A DNA stretch of 64,000 nt, from the NCBI GenBank assembly GCA_043228905.1, contig JBHGNT010000008.1:4030001-4094000 (forward strand), in the 5' to 3' direction. Below the pieces are notes generated by a model. It did not search any database. It was not told the DNA's origin and worked only from the letters and a program-made list of their open reading frames with translations. Position 1 is the stretch's first letter. Every line of letters starts with the position of its first letter. This document shows positions 56,164 through 64,000 of this stretch, in pieces. This stretch comes from Azolla caroliniana. Lineage: Eukaryota; Plantae; Polypodiophyta. A program made the position numbers and the translations under genes.

Positions 56164-59100
56164 TGTTACGTAAGGAAAGGTAAACGATGTCAGCACGTGG
56201 ACAAGAGAAAAGGGATAAGGATATTCGGAAGAAGCAGAATGGAGATTTTATTATTATTATAAAGAGAGAATATTATAACTAGTAGTTTGCACACGAACAA
56301 GAGAAAAGATAGAGTTTCTGGTTGAAGCAAAATGGTGAGATATTTATTATAAAGAGAGAATGTTACAACTAGAGAATTAAGAGAATGATTGATAATGTAG
56401 GCTAGAAGGTTGGGGACTGGTGTTTAACCGGAATAACTTGAAAATAGTGAGGGGCTTCAATTTATAGGAGTAGGTAATGACACATGCAAGAGCAAGCAAT
56501 GCCATGTGTCATCCCTTCATGAGTTTCCTTCAATGTTCTAGAAAGTTCCACAATGTTCCATAATGATCTAGAATGTTCTATAATGTTGTATGCATACATC
56601 TCTTAATAATGACATGAATTATTATTATATAATCTAAATGACCTAGTGGGTAAGGTGTTATAAGATGAGTGCCAGGGTCGAGGGTTCGAGCTTTGGCATG
56701 ACCAGTAATCATGACACTATCCCTCTCTTAAAACGACGAGTGCCACGAGTCGGCAAGGACGAAAGGCTAGGTTTTTCCGGATATTTGCGATGGAAGGCAT
56801 CCACAAGTGCTTAGAGCATTAGTAACGTTGTCGACAGGTTCCCAAGTACGATCATTGGGACTGTATCCGAGCCAATCCACCAAGTAATATAGCTTATTGC
56901 GGATGATCTTGGAATCAAGGATAACTGCAACCTCATATTCTGGGCCATCAGCGAGTTGAACGACAAGTGGAGGTGGCACAATATGATGTGGAATAGTGGT
57001 GGTAGCACAAGGCTCAAGAAGTGAAGAATGAAATACTGGGTGAAGACGCATATGGGAAGGTAGATCCAAGCGAAAAGCTACATCATTTATTTGTGCAGCA
57101 ATCTTGAATGGGCCTAAGCGTTGATGATCCAATTTATCACAAGGGCGTGTTGTTCGCATATGTTGTCGCAGAAGCCATACAAGATCTCCCCTTTGGAAGT
57201 TATGTGGAAGTCGATGTCGATCGACGACTGTCTTATGGGATGCTTGAGTGTGTCCTAGGTGGGTCAACACCTCTTCTTGAATATGTCGAATGTGGGACAC
57301 TCGATTTTCGGCTGTTGGATTAGTTGGAACTTCGGAAAGCTCTAAGAAATTCCATCAAGGGTGATGACCTGTATATGCAAAAAATGGAGTCACCTTAGTG
57401 GAAGAGTGGACGGAATTATTGTATGCAAACTCCGCGAAATGAAGAATATCGGCCTGGAATCATCTTGTTGATAGATGATAAAACAACGAAGATATTGTTC
57501 TAATGTTTGATTGCTCTCTGCTTGACCATTAGTTTGCGGATGATAACTTGAAGAGAGGTTGCAAGAGATCTTGAGTAGTGATAATAAATGCCGCCAAAAT
57601 TTTGAAATAAATTGTGGCCCATGATCACTAACGATGTTATCCGGAAAGCCATGATGTCGAAATACCTCTCGCATAACAAGATCACTTGTCTCCTTGCTGT
57701 TGATGGTCTTCGTACATGGTAGGAAATGTGCCATCTTTGTAAAGCGATCCACCATTGTCAAGATAGTATCAAACCCTCGAGAAGGGGGCAAATCGGTAGA
57801 AAAATCAAGCGAAATAGATTTCCAGGGTTTTGTTGTGATTGGCAATGCGGCAATGGTTGTAACAATCCATAAGGATGGTGATGAGGCATTTTTGTAAGAC
57901 AACATGTGTCACATGTATCGAACATACTCCTCAACAAAATTATGGAGCTTAGGCCACCAAAATGCTCGACTAACTAGCTCTAAGGTCTTTTGAATCCCAA
58001 AATGCCCAGCCATATAAGTGTCATGGCAATGTTGTAACGCCTTAAGACGAGAAGATCCATCATGGACATAGACAAGACACCCTTATAAAATAGTAGATCA
58101 TTCTGCCATGTGAATTTATTGTAATCTACATGAGGATGTTGTGCCTTAGAACAAGAAGAGCGATTCAGATCAATGTGATCGAGAACTTCTTGAGCAAAGA
58201 CATCTATTTGAAGATCTTGGCGAATAGAATTAAGGATGCTAGAATCAACTGGCATGTGTGAAACTTGCACTGCTTGTAACTGTGCAGGTCCTAAAAGAAT
58301 TTGTTTTTGATCATCAAATGTTGCTTCACCAGGACAAGGTGCAAGATATGTCCTTCGAGATAAAGCATCTGCCTTGCCTTGTTGCGATCTAGGCCGATAT
58401 AGGATTTTAAACTCAAAACGAGTGAGGAATTGTGCCCATCGAGCCTGCCACCTTGTCAACACCCGAGCATTATGAAAGTATGTTAGGTTTTTGTGGTCAC
58501 TATAAACTAGTATTTGATGAAGAGGACCCTCCAAGAGATGTCATCATTGCTCAAAGGAGTCCACAATAGCTAGCAATTCTTTATCATGCACTTCATAGTT
58601 GATCTCTACAACATTGAATTTACATGAATGGAAAGCCACGCATGAAGTTGCCCATCATCTCTCTGTTGTGACAAGATGCTTCTGAGAGCAAAATCCGATG
58701 CATCAGCTTCCATAATAAATGGTTTGTGGGGATCAACATGAGCTAATATAGGGGCAGATGTAAATGCCTTTTTTAGATCCATAAAAGTCTTGGTTGCACC
58801 AGGTGTCCAAATAAATGATTGATTCTTTTGGGTGAGTTGCGTAAGAGGTAAAATGATCGCCGAATACCCCTTAATGAATTTGCGATAGAAGTTTGCAAAT
58901 CCTAAAAAAAATTGGACATCTCGGACCGAACATGGAATTTGCCAGTCTAACACTGTTTGAACTTTAGTTGGATCCATCGAGATACCTTCGGATGAAACAA
59001 CATAGCCCAAAAACTCTACTTGTTGGCAATCAAAATTGCATTTCTCCAACTTAGCATAAAGGCCATATTCACGCAACCATTATAAGACTTGCCGAACATG

Positions 59101-60936
59101 GGCATTATGCTCTTTCTATGTCTTGGAAATAGATCAGCAAATCATCTAAGCAAATAATCAAAAAGATATCTAAAAAATCCCGAAAGATATCATTAGCCAT
59201 ATGCTGAAAAACTGTAGGTGCATTAGTAAGTCCAAACGCCATGATTGTATATTCAAAATGGCCATATCGAGTGTGAAAAGCCATCTTCCATTCATCGCCG
59301 GGACAAATCTGGACAAGATTATAAGCACCTCGGAGATCAATTTTAGTAAAAAAATTTGCCCCACTAATATGTTCTAAAAGGCTAGAGATAAAAGGTAATG
59401 CATACCTATTTCTGATAATGACCTTATTCAACCCTCGATAATCCACCACCAAATAAAGTGAGCCATCTTTCTTTTTCACAAAGAAAATGGGTGCCCCAGT
59501 TGGAGACTTTGAATGTCGAATGAATCCTTTCGCCAGATTTTCATCAATGTATTCCCGAAGAACCTCCAACTTTGTTGGCGACAAATTATAGATCGGTCCC
59601 CACGGTGGCTCTTTCCTTGGTTGTAGGTCTATGGGACAATCATAAGGTCGATGCTCAGGGTGTATACCAGCTTTCATTTTGTCGAAGACATCTGCAAATT
59701 CTTTATACTTGTGTGGATGTTTAATCTCTGAACTACCCTCAGAGTCTTTAAAAGGCTTCGTTGATATTGCAAATACAAACATCTCCTCCTTTCTTCCTTC
59801 TTTGCGTAATTGTTGTAGCGAAATAGTAGAAATTTTGCGGTATTTAGCCTTTACACTACCATCTTCTAACATTTGGATTTCTTTTTTACCTTGACTTTGA
59901 CATCTAATTGTCCGTTTCTGCCAATCAATGCTTGGGTTGTGAAGCTCGAACCAAGGTAAGCCTAGGACGATCGGATACTCTGGACTACTAATAATATTGA
60001 AGGATATAACACATGTCAAATCATCTAAGACTACTCGTATAGGCTCAGACTCTTCAGTTATGTTTCCGGAAGCAATAGGGCGTTCATCAATGACTACTAC
60101 GGAAGCTTGATAGGGGAGTTTATGCAAGGATATTTTCTGTGCTAAGGCAAATTCCCTATCCATGAAACAAGAATTGGCTCCAGTGTCTAGAAGGGCTAAG
60201 TCATGAACTTGATGTTGGCTTGACATACTAACTTCTACTTGAGTTGAAAAGACTTTACTTACTTCCTTGGAAGAAATGGAACCACTACTAGGGATAGATT
60301 GTACAGATCTAGGACTGTCCAACCAAATGGCTCCTATTTTGGCTGGACCTATTCGTTTAACTCTTCCTCTAATTGACTCAAAACTTCAAATCTATTTTAG
60401 AGAGTTGGGCTATTGAGATTGTTTTCAGATATTCTTATTGGATTAGATGTAGGTGTAGTAAGGATTTGATTTACCTGACGCTTTGGTTGATTGGGACAAT
60501 TGATTGCAATATGTCCAGGACCCCCACAATACAAGCATAGGCGATTTACTCGACGTCTTTGCTTTTCCTCATCTGATAACGGTCCTCGTCTTCGTGTTGC
60601 TTCAATGATTGATAATGTAGGCTAGAAGGTTGGAGACTGGTGTTGAACCGGAATAACTTGAAAATAGTGAGGGGCTTCAATTGATAGGAGTAGGTAATGA
60701 CACATGCAAGAGCAAGCAATGTCACATGTCATCCCTTCATGAGTTTCCTTAAATGTTCTAGAAAGTTCCACAATGTTCCATAATGATCTAGAATGTTCTA
60801 TAATGTTGTATGCATACATCTCTTAATAATGACACGAATTATTATTATATAATCTAAATGACCTAGTGGGTAAGGTGCTATAAGATGAGTGCCAGGGTCG
60901 AGGGTTCGAGCTTTGGCATGACCAGTAATCATGACA
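56164..60936 (-). mobile_element. Degenerate Ty3/gypsy chromovirus (Tcn1-like) with deleted gag/PBS
   Basis: 3' LTR 56164-56716 with adjacent PPT (minus strand aagagagggatag); partial 5' LTR 60604-60936 matches 56384-56716 (~10 mismatches in 333); internal PR-RT-RH-INT-chromodomain. Confidence 0.92.
56767..60600 (-). pseudogene. Frameshifted gag(CCHC)-pol of the Tcn1-like element
   Basis: [69 protein letters not shown] and chromodomain EYEV..YYLVDWLGY..TWEP, split over six or more ORFs. Confidence 0.9.
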
Positions 60937-61272
60937 CATGAGACATAAGGAACTGCACACTTTCTTGCTCTATGTTAAAGAATTGCATGCATTTGTAGGT
61001 TAAGTTTAGATATTAGGCACTTGATGGTATGACACATGTGAGCTTGAAGGGGTGCACTATCTAATGTGTGTCATCCCACAAGTAGTGAGCACACATGTTT
61101 GGCTCAATTGTCCATGTCCCATATCTGCATGATCATACAAGTGGTCAGTTCATGTACGTGTGTTAAAATCCATTCACTCTTTGCTATACATAACCTTAAA
61201 TTGTCTTCCAATTATGTAACTCCCTTGTCATATAATTAATGTAAAGAATGTTGTATATCATACCTAGAAATC

Positions 61273-61305
<33 letters not shown>

Positions 61306-61520
61306 TAGTTGCAGCCACGATGGATGTAGCTCAGTTGGTAAGGTTGCCCAATGGAGACCAGGTGGTCATGGGTTCAACCCCTGCATTCCACAGTGGCATC
61401 TAGTGAAATAGTGATATATATGAATTATATAATAGAGAGGTGAGGAAATTGGGTTTCGAACCCAAGACACAGTGCTTGTAGTGTTATCGAGTTACAACAA
61501 GGGTAAGCTAATTACGATAA
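61306..61520 (+). mobile_element. tRNA-derived SINE-like element with two convergent tRNA-like modules between (GA)n tracts
   Basis: A-box TAGCTCAGTTGG 61327-61338; B-box GGTTCAACCCC 61371-61381; minus-strand B-box GGGTTCGAAACCC 61451-61463; (GA)n at 61279-61305 and 61521-61539. Confidence 0.7.
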
Positions 61521-62029
61521 AGAGAGAGAGAGAGAGAGAAGTTGTAATCTAGTGAGAAAGCAATGCTATGTAAAACAACACTTGTTGGCCTAAAGACAAA
61601 TCTTTCTAACGTGTAAGCAATATTTGATGCTTCTCTTGGGTTAGAACCTATGTGATTCCGCCTTCCTTATAAGACATTCATGTTTCTTCATGACAAAGCT
61701 ATTCCCATTTCCGTTAGGATAAATTTGCAACCTACACAGGTTTAAAATGAGTGGTCGAAGGGGCTTATGCTTGTCTTGTCTAAAGAAGAGTCAATGACCA
61801 TGTATTGATATTCAACAATGTAGTAACAAACATATAAAATGAAGGGCTATATGGAGAAGTGGGAGAAAAATAAAAAGACACAAGTATAATTATCATAGTA
61901 ATAGCCTTGGTGATGGAGCTCTAGAAGTGTACCTGAATGCGCATGTAGATTAGTCAAGGTAGAACAAAGAGGCACAAAAACAAACAAGGTAAAATGCCAT
62001 AAACATGCTATTATAGATCATAGTACTAA

Positions 62030-64000
62030 TGTAAGCTTAAGATAAGGATAATGAAAAGATAGATAGAAAGGAGAAAGAGAAAGAAGGGTGCCGATCCACC
62101 CGACCACCCCCGAGCGAAGGGATCGAGACGGACTCGAGCCTCGATCGGCGTCCCATACCACCGCCGTGGCGTCGAGTCGTACCTGGTGCTGGCGCGCTCG
62201 CTACAAGAGTTGACCCACCACACGAGCAGAGTCTCGATGTAGTCAAAAGATGATCAAATGAGGGTAGCTAGGCCTCTTATTTATAGCGAAACCCAAGGCC
62301 CCCAGGCAAGTTCACACTTGACCTAATGGGTTGTCTCAATCCCGAGGATTAAAAGTAATCCTCCCCTTCTTTACACTCTCATTTAACCCTCACACTTATC
62401 CACGTGTATAGAATACTACGGTAAATTCTTACCACGGGATATTATATGGTCATGCCCGTAACATACTCCCCCTCTTTAAAACATTGCACTCTTGCAATGG
62501 AAAGTTAGGGAAGTTAGTTCTAAGAGTATTTTCGCGTTCCCATGTGGCATCTTTTATTGATTTATCCATCCATTTTATTTTGAATTCTCGGATTTCTTTA
62601 GTACGTAATTTTTTTGTTTTAACATCGAGAATTCTTTCTGGCACATGTGGTTTAGAAGATAATTCTTCAGAAGTAACCAGAGTTTCAGTCGTAACTGTAT
62701 TGTCGCCAGAACCTAGAAGTTCTTTTAGACGACTCACATGAAAGACTGGATGAATTCCGACACCATCGGGAAGAGCGAGACGATAGGCTGATGACCCAAT
62801 GCGTTTGAGGACTGTAAAAGGTCCACAAAACCGTGGGGCTAACTTAGCGCACTTACCCGTAGACAATGTCTTAGAATTGTGAGGTACACGTAAAAATACC
62901 TTCTGTCCAGGGTTGAATACACGAGGTTGCCTATGATGATCGGCATAAAAACGCGCTCTATCTTGAGCTGTTTTTATATTATCTCGTGCAATATGCAACA
63001 TATCTTGCATATCCCGAAGAAAGTTTTGCGTACTTCGCAACTCATCATGATGTATAGTAACATCAATCGGGGCTCGTGGCTGAAAACCATACATCAACAT
63101 AAAAGGACTATATCCCGTCGACGTATGCTTGGAGCTGTTATAAGCAAACTCCAAAATTGGGAGATAACGTTCCCATTTTGTTGGTTTTGCACCAACGTAT
63201 GCTCGAAGCATGTCGTCAATAATTTGATTTACTCGTTCTGTCTGTCCATCGGATTGAGGATGATCCGTGGAGCTCATGCTCAACGTAGTTTCTAACTTCT
63301 TAAAGACTTGTGTCCAGAAGTCACTAGTAAACTTTGGATCTCGATCACTCACGATATCCATCGGTAACCCATAAAAACGAAACAATTCGTCAACGAATTG
63401 GTAAGCCAATTCAGGAGCTGTTACCGTGGTTTTAGTAGCAATAAATCTGGCCATTTTAGTTAGTCGATCAACGACAACCCAGATGGCATCATGACCTTTT
63501 TGGGTGCGAGGAAGGCTAACAATAAAATCCATGGATATACTTTCCCACTTATTATTGGGAATGTCCAAGGGATGTAAAAGTCCTGCGGCTTTAAGTCGCT
63601 CGGCTTTGTTAACCTGACACTGGTGACATTTAGTCACATAGCTATGTATGTCAGGACGCATCTTAGGCCAATAAAATTGAGTGGAGATAAGAACGAGTGT
63701 ACGATGTATTCCAGGGTGCCCTGCGGAGGGTGCATCATGGCATTCAAAAAGAATCCTCTTTTTGACCTCGGGTAAATCTGGAACACAAACCTTCCCATTA
63801 CGGTAGAGCAAACCGTTAGCAATGTGGAAGTATTCCTTCGAGGATGTGGTGGTGTCTGTTCCAGACTCAACTCTTGCCCAGTATTTTGCGAAATAACTGT
63901 CATCAGGATACTTTCCTCGAAGGTGATCATAAAGATCTGATGATATTTCAGTGAAGCTAAGCATGTTAACTTCACGGATGCGACTTAGTGCATCAGCGAC
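62030..64000 (-). mobile_element. Ty3/gypsy chromovirus, 3' end (3' LTR ~62030-62463); element runs off the window
   Basis: PPT (minus strand aaagagggggagta) abuts TGTTACG at 62463; the far LTR end at TGTAAG 62030 is inferred. Confidence 0.88.
62450..64000 (-). CDS. Pol C-terminus: integrase (HHCC, DDE, GPF) + chromodomain, uninterrupted
   Basis: VADALSR, CHDAPSAGHPG..CHQCQ, ISMDF, VSDRD, GQTER, PRFCGPF and PERILD..KIKW..ATWE. Confidence 0.92.
   Translation of the reverse strand, partial: VADALSRIREVNMLSFTEISSDLYDHLRGKYPDDSYFAKYWARVESGTDTTTSSKEYFHIANGLLYRNGKVCVPDLPEVKKRILFECHDAPSAGHPGIHRTLVLISTQFYWPKMRPDIHSYVTKCHQCQVNKAERLKAAGLLHPLDIPNNKWESISMDFIVSLPRTQKGHDAIWVVVDRLTKMARFIATKTTVTAPELAYQFVDELFRFYGLPMDIVSDRDPKFTSDFWTQVFKKLETTLSMSSTDHPQSDGQTERVNQIIDDMLRAYVGAKPTKWERYLPILEFAYNSSKHTSTGYSPFMLMYGFQPRAPIDVTIHHDELRSTQNFLRDMQDMLHIARDNIKTAQDRARFYADHHRQPRVFNPGQKVFLRVPHNSKTLSTGKCAKLAPRFCGPFTVLKRIGSSAYRLALPDGVGIHPVFHVSRLKELLGSGDNTVTTETLVTSEELSSKPHVPERILDVKTKKLRTKEIREFKIKWMDKSIKDATWERENTLRTNFPNFPLQECNVLKRGSMLRA

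Noticed and set aside
61321-61390. Functional tRNA gene
   Set aside because: A and B boxes are present, but the anticodon arm and acceptor stem do not pair properly, and diverged copies exist elsewhere; treated as SINE-like.

Overview
Eukaryotic, intron-rich, AT-rich land-plant nuclear DNA. It is most like a fern or other non-seed plant, inferred from a Tcn1-type chromovirus and the PLS-PPR style; there are no prokaryotic features and no CRISPR. Six host genes are supported: the 3' half of DEAD-box helicase RH16/DDX56 (+), CTF18 (+, ~25 exons), an uncharacterised ~900-aa protein with an E2F-site promoter (+), an SNM1/Artemis/Apollo-family nuclease (-, with a GC-AG intron), a SASA carbohydrate esterase (+) and a PLS-class PPR gene with a frameshifted E domain (+). 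Mobile DNA includes a young, intact, CCGG-rich Ty1/copia nested in an older solo LTR inside a CTF18 intron, two Ty3/gypsy chromoviruses, an RTE/RTEX-like LINE embedded in a microsatellite plus two 3' stubs, an L1 fragment with TSD and several hAT MITEs. The most unusual signals are: (i) a ~200-bp (GA)n-associated element built from two convergent tRNA-like modules, present three times; (ii) a 551-bp TG..CA element with a 5-bp TSD but 98-bp terminal INVERTED repeats; (iii) a tRNA-like A/B-box module inside both LTRs of the Tcn1-like element. Coordinates were read by eye and exon boundaries are approximate unless stated.
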